From positions 132,592 through 196,591 of the forward strand of contig CAVYAE010000016.1 in the NCBI GenBank assembly GCA_963766305.1: a stretch of 64,000 bases of DNA. Reading direction: 5' to 3'. Each line of letters begins with the position of its first letter. Position 1 is the stretch's first letter. The translations under genes and the position numbers were made by a program. This DNA comes from an uncultured Bacteroidota bacterium (GTDB lineage Bacteria > Bacteroidota > Bacteroidia > Bacteroidales > JAAUTT01). Below, one piece after another: positions 31,370 through 40,829 of the stretch. The notes beneath the pieces are model-generated. The model searched no databases. It worked only from the letters and a program-made list of their open reading frames with translations, and was not told the DNA's origin.

Positions 31370-32191
31370 TCAAATCTTCAAATTCTTTTCATTCATCATC
31401 TTAAGTATTTTTTCAGATACAAGGCATACCAAAGGTTTTTCAGAAACAGGATTAGTTTTGGTAACTACTACTGTTTTATATACTTCTTCTATGTTTGTAT
31501 AAGTCAAAACTTCATCAGGAGTCCCGGTGGTATGTATTTTACCGTTATTTAACATTATGAGCTTATTGCAGTATTCTCCCGCAAGGTTTAAATCATGGAT
31601 TACCATTAAAACAGTAAGTCCGAATTGTTCGTTCATCCTTTGCACAAGATTAAGAACCTTTACCTGATGAGTTATGTCAAGATGTGAAGTAGGTTCATCA
31701 AGTAGCAGTAATTCAGGCTCCTGAACAAGTGCCCTTGTTATAGATATCATTTGCCGCTCTCCTCCGCTAAGCCTGTTTAAATATTTATTTTTCAGATGGT
31801 CAACCTGAGTTAAATTCATATAGTTTTCTGATATGGCAATATCTTCTTTTGTATCAAAAAACTGGAAATTATTATGATAAGGCATCCTTCCCATTAAAAT
31901 GTATTCATCCACCGGCATTTCCGGAACTTCTATATCCTGAGATACAACTGCTATTATTCTTGCTTTTTCCCTGTATGAAATTTTATTAAGGGTTTTTCCA
32001 TTAAGTGTAACATTTCCGCTCTTATTTTTTAATTCACCCGTAATACCTTTTAAAAGGGTTGTCTTGCCACAACCGTTTGGGCCAATAATACCCACCAGCA
32101 TGCCTCTGTCAATCTCCATGCTGATATCAGATATATTAAATTTATTATTATACCCGCATGAAAGTTTTTCTATTCTAAAGAAGTTATCCAT
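31370..32191 (-). CDS. ABC transporter ATP-binding protein (iron-siderophore/haem/cobalamin FecE/BtuD class)
   Basis: Walker A GPNGCGKTT, signature LSGGE and Walker B LLLLDEP. Confidence 0.9.
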   Translation of the reverse strand: MDNFFRIEKLSCGYNNKFNISDISMEIDRGMLVGIIGPNGCGKTTLLKGITGELKNKSGNVTLNGKTLNKISYREKARIIAVVSQDIEVPEMPVDEYILMGRMPYHNNFQFFDTKEDIAISENYMNLTQVDHLKNKYLNRLSGGERQMISITRALVQEPELLLLDEPTSHLDITHQVKVLNLVQRMNEQFGLTVLMVIHDLNLAGEYCNKLIMLNNGKIHTTGTPDEVLTYTNIEEVYKTVVVTKTNPVSEKPLVCLVSEKILKMMNEKNLKI

Positions 32192-32197
32192 TAGCTG

Positions 32198-33217
32198 CTA
32201 TGCAAAATTTGATTTCTTCTTAAGCCTGCCAAGCATAATTATAAATGCAACCCCACCTGTAATTCCTGTTATTACTCCTATTGGTAATTCATTTGGAGAA
32301 ATTATGGTTCGTGCTATAGTATCGCATAATACAAGAAATCCACCTCCTGCAAGGAAAGAAGTAATGAGCAGTATCCTGAAGTCAGTGCCAACAAGTAATT
32401 TCATAAGTTGAGGGATTATTAATCCGACAAAACAAATAATACCTGCAACGGATACACAAATTCCTGTCAGTAAAGATGCTATAATAAATAACACTCTTAT
32501 TGACAAGTCAGTATTAATTCCCAGATGTCTGGCTTTTTCTTCTCCCAGACGAAGTGCATTTAAAGGATGTATAAATAAATAAGTTATTAATAAACCTATT
32601 ATAGAAGACAAAACAGATATTAATATAAGTACATGATTTTCCTCATCCAGGGATCCCATTGTCCAAAAAAGGATGCCATGCATATTTTCATTTGAAGATA
32701 CAGACATTAAGAACATCATGCCGGATGAAGAAATAAAACTAATCATTATACCTGTTAAAATCATACTTCCTGTTTCCATTTTTCCATGCCTTACACTTAA
32801 ATAATAAACTATTATTATTGTGGCAATAGCCCCAATAAATCCGGCAACAGGTAACATAAAAGGGCCAAGTGATAAATTTATTCCTGTAACAATAATAAAA
32901 GCCACACCCAGAGCTGCACCTCCTGATATTCCCAAAGTGTAGGGCTCTACCAGGGGATTCCTGTATATACCCTGCAGGATAACACCAGCCAGACTCAATG
33001 ACCCTCCTGCGGATAATCCTATATAGATCCTTGGTAAGCGTATATTTTTTAAAATAATGTATTCCATGCTTTCTTTATGATGAAATAATATCCACGGGAT
33101 TTTTATAAACGGTATATTCATTTCACCATGTGATAAGGAATATATTATGATACATAGGGTCACAACAGTCAACCCTGTTATCCATAAACACCATTTAACA
33201 ATTTTAGTTATACTCAT
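32198..33217 (-). CDS. FecCD/BtuC-family ABC permease
   Basis: 339 aa, multi-pass hydrophobic. Segments RLPR, GGALGVA and the general layout fit the FecCD family. Confidence 0.85.
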   Translation of the reverse strand: MSITKIVKWCLWITGLTVVTLCIIIYSLSHGEMNIPFIKIPWILFHHKESMEYIILKNIRLPRIYIGLSAGGSLSLAGVILQGIYRNPLVEPYTLGISGGAALGVAFIIVTGINLSLGPFMLPVAGFIGAIATIIIVYYLSVRHGKMETGSMILTGIMISFISSSGMMFLMSVSSNENMHGILFWTMGSLDEENHVLILISVLSSIIGLLITYLFIHPLNALRLGEEKARHLGINTDLSIRVLFIIASLLTGICVSVAGIICFVGLIIPQLMKLLVGTDFRILLITSFLAGGGFLVLCDTIARTIISPNELPIGVITGITGGVAFIIMLGRLKKKSNFA

Positions 33218-34029
33218 TTATAAATCAGTTTAACCATTTGATCGACAACATCTACAAAAGTTACAGGATCCGGACTGCATGTTTTATCGGCATCGATGGA
33301 AAATACCCTGTTAAATTTAGCTGCGTTGAGAAAATGGTAATTTTTCCACATTGAAATTTCTTCGTCAGTTAATATACCCATTGTTACAATAAATATTACA
33401 TCCGGATTTCTTGTTAAAACACTTTCCTTTGATATCAGTCCGTTTTTCAAATCTCCTGCTATATTAACACCCCCGGCATATTTAATATAATCGTCCATGA
33501 AGGTATGTGGAATAACTGTAAATAATGGTTTAGTCCCTATTTCAAAAAATATTTTTACTTTTTTGCCTCCGGGTATTTTTTTCATTATAAGGTCCAATCT
33601 TTGTTGTTGTTTATAAATGATGTCCATGGCCAAAGAGTTTTTATTCAAAAGTTTCGCCATGTCAACAAATATATTGCTCAAATCGCTGTAGGAATCAGGT
33701 ATTGCATAAACCTTAACTTTTATTCCAACTTTTTTAATTTCGTTTATTACAGTTGGTTTTGTTAAATTAGTTGTTATAACAATATCAGGCTGAAGAATTA
33801 ATATTTTTTCAACATTAACTTCCATATCGTTTGCCACAATATTTTTATGGTCTTTTACAGCAATATCGCAGTAATTTGTACAACCAGCCAGGTTATTTTC
33901 TTCATCCAGCAGATAAATCATTTTAGTAATGATGGGAGCCAGGGAAATAATTTTAAGTGGTTGTTGTCCCTTTACATTAGTAGAGAAAAGAATAAAAAAG
34001 AGTATTATTACTATTCTGTAAAATACCAT
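33214..34029 (-). CDS. Periplasmic-binding-protein type ABC substrate-binding protein (BtuF/FhuD/HmuT class)
   Basis: 271 aa with a signal peptide. IISLAPIITKMIYLL....LAGCTNYC resembles the BtuF-like N-lobe. A 4-nt overlap with the permease gene suggests an operon. Confidence 0.8.
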   Translation of the reverse strand: MVFYRIVIILFFILFSTNVKGQQPLKIISLAPIITKMIYLLDEENNLAGCTNYCDIAVKDHKNIVANDMEVNVEKILILQPDIVITTNLTKPTVINEIKKVGIKVKVYAIPDSYSDLSNIFVDMAKLLNKNSLAMDIIYKQQQRLDLIMKKIPGGKKVKIFFEIGTKPLFTVIPHTFMDDYIKYAGGVNIAGDLKNGLISKESVLTRNPDVIFIVTMGILTDEEISMWKNYHFLNAAKFNRVFSIDADKTCSPDPVTFVDVVDQMVKLIYK

Positions 34030-34130
34030 ATAAATTATTATTAATATTATAAGCTAAGAAATAAAATTATTTTGATTTATTATTAAGATTTTCTCAACTT
34101 TACCCAAAATTTTATATTAACATTTTAAAA

Positions 34131-34673
34131 GTGAAACTTTTGAACAATATAAAACAAAAACTTGGAAAAAGGGTATTAAATAATAAGTTACGTAATTTTA
34201 CTAGACAACGTAAAAGTTATAATTTTGATTCAGCCAAATCAGCCGGCATACTTTTTACTCCTACAGATCAGGTAAGTTTTGAACAGATAAAACAGTTTTT
34301 AAATTATCTTAGTACCTATAAGCTGCAGATATATGTACTTGGATATATAGATGCAAAAACTATTCCTGAAAGTTTTTTGTTTTGGAAAGGTATAAATCTG
34401 TTTTCACGAAAGGAACTGGGCTGGACACTGGTACCTAAAACTCACCTGGTAACAGATTTCATTGATAAGCAGTTTGATTTATTGTTTGATTTGAGTATGT
34501 CCGATTTCTTTCCTGTTGAATATATATCAAGATTATCAAAATCGAAATTTAAAATTGGAAGGTATACACTTAATCATGGAAGTTTTGATCTGATGTTCGA
34601 ACTAAACAATTCAAATCAGCTGGAAGTGTTTCTGGATCATATCAAGCATTATCTGAATTTAATAAATAAGTAG
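34131..34673 (+). CDS. Hypothetical protein just upstream of dapA
   Basis: 180-aa ORF opening at GTG 34131. I recognise no motif. Coding is supported only by length and position. Confidence 0.4.
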   Translation: MKLLNNIKQKLGKRVLNNKLRNFTRQRKSYNFDSAKSAGILFTPTDQVSFEQIKQFLNYLSTYKLQIYVLGYIDAKTIPESFLFWKGINLFSRKELGWTLVPKTHLVTDFIDKQFDLLFDLSMSDFFPVEYISRLSKSKFKIGRYTLNHGSFDLMFELNNSNQLEVFLDHIKHYLNLINK

Positions 34674-34717
34674 GAAATTAGGAAAGTAAAATTACAAATT
34701 TTAGATACCAATATTTT

Positions 34718-35593
34718 ATGAATTCCAAATTTGAAGGTACAGGAGTAGCCTTGATAACCCCGTTTAAAATTGATTTTAGTGTTGATCACCAGGCCCTTGA
34801 AAATATGGTCGATTATTGTATAAGCGGGAAAATCAATTATATAGTAGTACTTGGTACGACAGGCGAACCAGCTACATTAAGTAAACATGAAAAACATGAG
34901 GTAATTAATACAGTTACCGGAGCAGTTAATAAGCGAGTTCCTGTAGTGGTTGGTATTGGAGGAAACAATACAATGGAAATTGTTGAAGATATAAAAACTA
35001 TTGACAATAATGTTGATGGAATATTATCAGTTGTTCCATATTACAGTAGACCAAATCAGAAAGGTATTTATGAACATTTTAAAGCAATTGCACATGTAAG
35101 CAGTCTACCTGTTATAATGTACAATGTTCCTCACAGGACAGGTGTCAATATGAATTCAGATACAACAGTTAAGCTGGCTTCTGAATTTCCAAATCTTATT
35201 GGTATTAAGGAGGCATCAGGAAATATGACTCAGATTTCTGAAATAATAAGGGATAAGCCTGAAAATTTTCTTGTAATTTCAGGAGATGATGTAGTTACCT
35301 TACCCATGATAGCCTTGGGAGCTGATGGAGTAATTTCTGTTATTGCAAATGCCTATCCTTTAAATTTTTCAACTCTGGTTGAAGAAGCTCTTGGAGGTAA
35401 TTATCAGTTGGCCAGAAAAATACACCTATCAATGATAAGCGTCATTAATGGTATTTTCAGTGAAGGTAGTCCCGCAGGAGTAAAAGCAATTTTACATCAG
35501 AAAGGTATTATAGAAAATGTAGTTCGTTTACCCTTAACCTCCGTTTCTGAAAGCCTTTATAATAAACTGGCCGATCTGGATGAAAGTATTTAG
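34718..35593 (+). CDS. dapA: 4-hydroxy-tetrahydrodipicolinate synthase
   Basis: 291 aa with GTGVALITPF, GTTGE and YNVP motifs. Confidence 0.95.
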   Translation: MNSKFEGTGVALITPFKIDFSVDHQALENMVDYCISGKINYIVVLGTTGEPATLSKHEKHEVINTVTGAVNKRVPVVVGIGGNNTMEIVEDIKTIDNNVDGILSVVPYYSRPNQKGIYEHFKAIAHVSSLPVIMYNVPHRTGVNMNSDTTVKLASEFPNLIGIKEASGNMTQISEIIRDKPENFLVISGDDVVTLPMIALGADGVISVIANAYPLNFSTLVEEALGGNYQLARKIHLSMISVINGIFSEGSPAGVKAILHQKGIIENVVRLPLTSVSESLYNKLADLDESI

Positions 35594-35650
35594 CTGACAC
35601 ATCCGGATTGAAGTTTTTTGCGATCTTTAAATTTACGGGATGGTGTATAT

Positions 35651-35683
35651 AAAAAAAGAAAGTGTCATCATCACGACGACACT
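35651..35683 (-). terminator. Terminator-like hairpin with U-tract on the minus strand, about 200 nt from the nearest upstream gene end
   Basis: Arms 35661..35669 and 35675..35683 (agtgtcatc / gacgacact) form 9 bp with one mismatch. On the minus strand, TTCTTTTTTT (35660..35651) follows. Confidence 0.45.
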
Positions 35684-35880
35684 CCTAACACAGAAACTAC
35701 TACTAACTAACTAAAACTAAACTACTACTTTCTTAAATATTTTTACCTTTTAGGTTTATAATATATATAACGAATAATTTCATTATTTGTTATATATATT
35801 ATAAATTATATTAGTGTAAATACAAATATTATGCCAAAATTAAATAAAATTGAGGCTATGCAAAAATAAATTTTATTATT

Positions 35881-36405
35881 TTAAAGTTTATTTGTCAATT
35901 TTGAATCATTGGGATTTTCAGGCTCATTTTCAGTACTAACGCCTTTATCAATAATTTCGCTTTTATCAATATTTTCAACCTGCCCTGTTGTTTCATTCTT
36001 TTCATTATTATCTTCATCTGACAATAAATCAATCATTTGTACACTGTTGAGAATATTATACCAGTTAAATATTTTTTTAATATCTGATACGTAAACTCTC
36101 TCTCTATCATAATCAGGCACAATTTCTGCAAAATATTTCTTTAGTTTATCGTTATCCGATTTATGATCAATTGTTTGGCCACCATTTTCTTTCCTGTAAA
36201 TATTTTGCAATACTTCTTTTAGTGGTATTTCCTTATCATTTGTATACACCGCAATATCGTCCAAAGCACTTACCCTTGCAGAAGCCGGAGAATTTATACG
36301 TTTCTTGTCAAGCAATCCTTCTACTACAATACCGTTTCTTGATTTGGATAAAAACCGGAACAAACCGCCTGACCCTGAAATTGCTAATATATCTTTTAAG
36401 ACCAT
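35881..36405 (-). CDS. DUF5606-like protein
   Basis: 174 aa. The N-terminus, MVLKDILAISGSGGLFRF, resembles the conserved Bacteroidota DUF5606 family, and the C-terminal tail is acidic. Confidence 0.55.
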   Translation of the reverse strand: MVLKDILAISGSGGLFRFLSKSRNGIVVEGLLDKKRINSPASARVSALDDIAVYTNDKEIPLKEVLQNIYRKENGGQTIDHKSDNDKLKKYFAEIVPDYDRERVYVSDIKKIFNWYNILNSVQMIDLLSDEDNNEKNETTGQVENIDKSEIIDKGVSTENEPENPNDSKLTNKL

Positions 36406-36438
36406 GATTAGTTAATAATTAAATTTAGAATAAATATT

Positions 36439-37026
36439 TTAATTCTTATTGCAAATTGTATGATGTATATTTAATACCTGTTCAAGTACACTAATTTTAT
36501 CGTCGTTAATAATAATAAAATCCGATTTACTGATTTTATCTTCATCTGAAAGTTGATTTTCCATCCTTTTCATAACCTGTTCCCTTGTAACACCATCACG
36601 ATCCATAACTCTTTTATAGCGAATATCCAATGGTGCAATTACTGTTATCATAAAATCAACCTCTTTATCCGTGCCACTTTCAAAAAACAGTGCTGCTTCC
36701 TTTATTGCATAAGTTACATTTACAAGACTGCGGAACCATATTTCAGAGTCCCTTCCTACTGCAGGGTGCACAAGCCCGTTTACATATCTGAGGGCATCCT
36801 TGTCTGTAAAAATTATTGATGCAAGTTTTTTTCTGTCAAGTAAGAAATTATTATAAATATTATTTCCAAATTTACTAATTAATCCGTTTATAATGCTTTG
36901 ATCTTTATTCATTAATAAATTTGCTCGTTCATCCGCATAATATACCGGAACTCCCAAAGCGGAAAATACCAGACTTACAATTGATTTTCCGCTACCAATT
37001 CCTCCTGTAATTCCAACTTTTATCAT
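36439..37026 (-). CDS. coaE: Dephospho-CoA kinase
   Basis: 195 aa with the N-terminal P-loop GITGGIGSGKS. Confidence 0.9.
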   Translation of the reverse strand: MIKVGITGGIGSGKSIVSLVFSALGVPVYYADERANLLMNKDQSIINGLISKFGNNIYNNFLLDRKKLASIIFTDKDALRYVNGLVHPAVGRDSEIWFRSLVNVTYAIKEAALFFESGTDKEVDFMITVIAPLDIRYKRVMDRDGVTREQVMKRMENQLSDEDKISKSDFIIINDDKISVLEQVLNIHHTICNKN

Positions 37027-38018
37027 TTTTCTATGAGATATTCTACATTTTTTGGATAAAAAGTGATATTACTTACATTAGATGGAAACTTAACCAGGTT
37101 AATTTTTAATTTATTATGCAAAGTTTCATTAATAGATTTGTAATCAACAACCAGTCTGAATAAAAATGGAGACATTTTATCATATTCAGAAACACCTACC
37201 CAGCATGAAAGTTTGACACTTCCGGGAAACGTTCTCAGGAACAAACTGTCAGGAACATTTTCGGCCTCTATGGGTATATTGAATGTAAGTTCAGTATATT
37301 TAATAACAGGAATTATAACAGTAACTTTATCCGGTTGAAATTTTACCTTGTTTATTGGAACAAGTGACAAAGAATTAATTATAGTATCATTTACCTTTTT
37401 TTTCTTTAATTCTATGGTTTCTATAAAGTTAATAGTATCAATTATACTGTTTGGACCACTGATTAAAATACTGTCCGGTTTTACTAATTGTAAACCCTGC
37501 ATGTATTGTTTTTCAAATTTAAGATTCAAATTAAGTTTAACAGGAACTTTTTTTTCAAGAACATCAGTCAAATTAAGGAATAATGTATCTGGTTTTACTT
37601 CAAGCAATTGAATTTCATAACTAAATTGAGTAGCTATGTAATCTTTAGTATATTTGGTAAGTAAATAATACTGGGTAGTATTACCTCTTTTTAAAACTTC
37701 AATCGGGTATTGATTTAACGAAATTTTAACCGGCCTGAAGTATCCTGCCAGTTTACATCTTAATATACTAAATCCAAATCCTTTAATTTTTAATCCTATC
37801 TCAGCAGGAAGTTCATTAATTAATACCTTATCTTTTGGAAAATTATCATAGGTAACAGAATATAAAATATCTGTTGTGTAGTCTTTGCTTAATGCATTAA
37901 GATACCAAAAGATAAGAGCTACCAATAAAAAAAACAGATAGATTAAGAGTTGTTTGTTAAACTTAACTTTTTCTCTATCTGGTTGATTTGCGGTCAAGGA
38001 TTTGAGTTTGCTGTCCAA
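37023..38018 (-). CDS. YbbR-like domain protein
   Basis: 331 aa with one N-terminal TM segment and repeated beta-rich domains. It sits in the conserved position between yajC and coaE and overlaps coaE by 4 nt. Confidence 0.6.
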   Translation of the reverse strand: MDSKLKSLTANQPDREKVKFNKQLLIYLFFLLVALIFWYLNALSKDYTTDILYSVTYDNFPKDKVLINELPAEIGLKIKGFGFSILRCKLAGYFRPVKISLNQYPIEVLKRGNTTQYYLLTKYTKDYIATQFSYEIQLLEVKPDTLFLNLTDVLEKKVPVKLNLNLKFEKQYMQGLQLVKPDSILISGPNSIIDTINFIETIELKKKKVNDTIINSLSLVPINKVKFQPDKVTVIIPVIKYTELTFNIPIEAENVPDSLFLRTFPGSVKLSCWVGVSEYDKMSPFLFRLVVDYKSINETLHNKLKINLVKFPSNVSNITFYPKNVEYLIEK

Positions 38019-38024
38019 TTCAAA

Positions 38025-38342
38025 TTATTTCTGATTAGCAAGGTCAGAAGGATCTTTCAATACTGCACTTTTATCAACTTTAATGTGAACATTGCTATCA
38101 ATTTCAAGTGTTATTGCCTGATCATTCACTTCCTGCACTTTACCATATATGCCACCTGTTGTTATTACCTTATCCCCCTTTTTAAGTTGACTGCGGTAAG
38201 TGGTTAATTCTTTTTGTCGTTTTACCTGCGGGCGAATCATGAAAAAATAAAAAACTACAATAAGTAATAACATCATTATTAACATACCGTAAGGATTTTG
38301 TGCAGCTGAATCTGCCAGCATAATGTTTAAAGAAATTGTCAT
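38025..38342 (-). CDS. yajC: Preprotein translocase subunit YajC
   Basis: 105 aa with a TM segment followed by FFMIRPQVKRQKE and GGIYGKV. Confidence 0.9.
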   Translation of the reverse strand: MTISLNIMLADSAAQNPYGMLIMMLLLIVVFYFFMIRPQVKRQKELTTYRSQLKKGDKVITTGGIYGKVQEVNDQAITLEIDSNVHIKVDKSAVLKDPSDLANQK

Positions 38343-38353
38343 TGTTATTTATA

Positions 38354-38782
38354 TTAATTATTATTAGGTGATAATACTTCGCAACGTATATTTAAAAATT
38401 TTATATCCGGATTTGCATTTGATTTTATCTTTACCGATTTATTCTGTATTCCGGTTTTACCTTCGGAATTGAAAATCACTTCAATTATAGTTGTTTTACG
38501 CGGTGGAAGTGGTTTCTGATCCCATTTTGCAATTGTACAACCACAGCTGGCATCAATATAACTTATTATTAAATCACTTTTTCCCCGGTTTTCAAGAACG
38601 AATGAATATGAAACAGTTTCTCCCTCATTAATTTTTCCAAAGTCGTGAAAATCTTCCTTAAAATACATATAAGGGGGATCACCTTTATATTTTGGAATAG
38701 GTTGAATATTACTGGTTTCATTTGAGGAATTTGAGCAGCAATATAAAAAAAATGCTATTCCTAAAAACCAAATTTTATTCAT
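38354..38782 (-). CDS. DUF1573 domain protein
   Basis: 142 aa with a signal/lipobox (LYCCS). Segments FHDFGKINEGE and SCGCT are typical of DUF1573. Confidence 0.8.
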   Translation of the reverse strand: MNKIWFLGIAFFLYCCSNSSNETSNIQPIPKYKGDPPYMYFKEDFHDFGKINEGETVSYSFVLENRGKSDLIISYIDASCGCTIAKWDQKPLPPRKTTIIEVIFNSEGKTGIQNKSVKIKSNANPDIKFLNIRCEVLSPNNN

Positions 38783-38839
38783 TTAAATAATTTAAAACCT
38801 GCGCGAAATTAAGTATAAATTTTTATACAGGCAAATTGA

Positions 38840-39799
38840 TTATTCATTCCTTACATTATCACCATTTAACCCTTGACCGGTTTTAATTATTTTATTTTCT
38901 TTTCTAAGGTCTGCAACAATTTTATCCAGAATTCCATTTACAAATTCGTTGCTTTTATTTGTAGAATACAATCTGGATATATCAATAAATTCATTTAGTG
39001 ATACTTTGACCGGGATACCAGGAAATCCTAATATTTCAGCTATAGCAACTTCCATAATCAGTACATCCATGACTGCTATGCGGTCAATTTCCCAATTTTC
39101 AGTATACTTATCAATAATTTCCCTGTACTCTTTATGATTTATTATTGTTTTTCTAAGAAGATTTACAGCAAATTCCCTGTCTTCTTCATTTTTATACAGA
39201 TCCATTAAAACAGGAATTGTGGTTGATTCTTTAAAACGCTGTAATGTTTTAATAATCATGCTAATGACAAATTCTATATCATCGTTCCAGTAAATATTAT
39301 CTTCTTCAAGCAATTGGTAAAGAGGTTCCCAATTTTCAAGATCATTGGAAAATATGTCTATAATAATTTTTTTATCATCTTCATAATTATTTCCTTTTAT
39401 GTCCATATAATTGAGAAAATGAACCGATGCTATTATTTTTAGATACAGTTTTTTTATGATTCCGGAATTTTCATGCCAGGACAAATGATTTTTTTCAATG
39501 TAATTTAACATTGATTTACAATTGTTTAACTGGGCTATTAATTTATTGTTTACGAATTTAATATTAGGATTGATATCCTCAATCGTCGGCAGAATTTTGT
39601 TTTTTGATTGATCTATGCGTTCGGCAGCATAATCTACTACATTAATTATCAATAATATTAAATAATGATATAGATCATAGGTTTTCTTAATACTATCGTG
39701 TAATTCTTTTTCTGTTTTTTCTAGAGTTGAATTTGCATCACTGCAATATGCATATAAAACCTGAACTATTTTTATCCTTATCAGTCTTCTGCTAATCAT
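38840..39799 (-). CDS. nusB: Transcription antitermination factor NusB (long Bacteroidota form)
   Basis: 319 aa. The N-terminus is SRRLIRIKIVQVLYAY and the C-terminal NusB fold segment is NEFVNGILDKI. Confidence 0.85.
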   Translation of the reverse strand: MISRRLIRIKIVQVLYAYCSDANSTLEKTEKELHDSIKKTYDLYHYLILLIINVVDYAAERIDQSKNKILPTIEDINPNIKFVNNKLIAQLNNCKSMLNYIEKNHLSWHENSGIIKKLYLKIIASVHFLNYMDIKGNNYEDDKKIIIDIFSNDLENWEPLYQLLEEDNIYWNDDIEFVISMIIKTLQRFKESTTIPVLMDLYKNEEDREFAVNLLRKTIINHKEYREIIDKYTENWEIDRIAVMDVLIMEVAIAEILGFPGIPVKVSLNEFIDISRLYSTNKSNEFVNGILDKIVADLRKENKIIKTGQGLNGDNVRNE

Positions 39800-39896
39800 T
39801 ATTTAAAGAACGGATTATATTATTTTTCAAAAGTATATGATATATTTTATACTTTATCAGAAAAAACAAATAAAGTAAAAAACTTTATAATAACAA

Positions 39897-40646
39897 TTAA
39901 TCTAAAACATCATTATTTTTTTCAGGTAAATTTATATTATTTAAAACCCCTAATATTTCGCTATAAGTTAGCTCTTTGACGTTAGTTACTATAAAATTTG
40001 AATCTAAAAATTCACCCATTTGGTTACATTCCAAAATAGTTTTTTCAAACAGGTCATTAATATGTACTTCCAATGGTATTACTGCTTTTATTGTGCAATA
40101 GACCGATGAAAAGGACATATCTTCTATATCCGCTCCTTTATTTTTAAATATATATTCTATTTCATTTTTTAGAATTTTCCTTTGAATTTCACCGAATTCT
40201 AAATTTTGTTTTGCGAGAAATACAATAAAATATCTTAGCTTTTTACCCTTTCCACCCAGACCAGTGGAAATAAATATTTGATTCTGGTCTAAAAATATGC
40301 TTTCCAGTAACATTTTGCTTTCCTGCATTGCCAGAGTTGCCCAATCCTTTAAATCAGGGTCGGCACACAATTTGTATTTCTCTATACTTCTGTAGGCTTC
40401 AACCTTGTCGATTGATGCCAGCTGAATTAATAAAGTTTTTTTTTCATCAATGGAAAGCTTATCAGAGAAAAGACTTTCCATATTATTTAAAGTCTCGTTT
40501 TTATCAAAAATTTTTTTTACATTTTTCGAAGTTTCAAAATATTCCAATTGTAAATCAATATCTATTTGTTCCTCTAAAATATTAAAATTACCTTGCAGAT
40601 TGCCTAATAAATCTTGTATTTTATCGTATAAATTGTCCTGATCCAT
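39897..40646 (-). CDS. Hypothetical protein
   Basis: The track ORF extends to 40712. ATG 40646 (MDQDNLYDKIQDL) is a more plausible start. I recognise no family. Confidence 0.45.
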   Translation of the reverse strand: MDQDNLYDKIQDLLGNLQGNFNILEEQIDIDLQLEYFETSKNVKKIFDKNETLNNMESLFSDKLSIDEKKTLLIQLASIDKVEAYRSIEKYKLCADPDLKDWATLAMQESKMLLESIFLDQNQIFISTGLGGKGKKLRYFIVFLAKQNLEFGEIQRKILKNEIEYIFKNKGADIEDMSFSSVYCTIKAVIPLEVHINDLFEKTILECNQMGEFLDSNFIVTNVKELTYSEILGVLNNINLPEKNNDVLD

Positions 40647-40829
40647 AATAATTAGGTGAACAAGAATATTTCTTACAAAGAAATCATATCCGGATGTAAT
40701 ATATGAAAACAAAATCTAACATCCAAAACAATGTGACAAATAATAATGGATCATTATTTCCTTAAAATCTTTGAGTATTAACTTTCAAATGTATATTTTC
40801 GTAACCTACTTTTTTGATTAAATGCGTAA

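Noticed and set aside
32064-32411. 115-aa plus-strand ORF spanning the ABC ATPase/permease junction
   Set aside because: It is antisense to two genes with strong ABC-transporter motifs and shows no features of its own.
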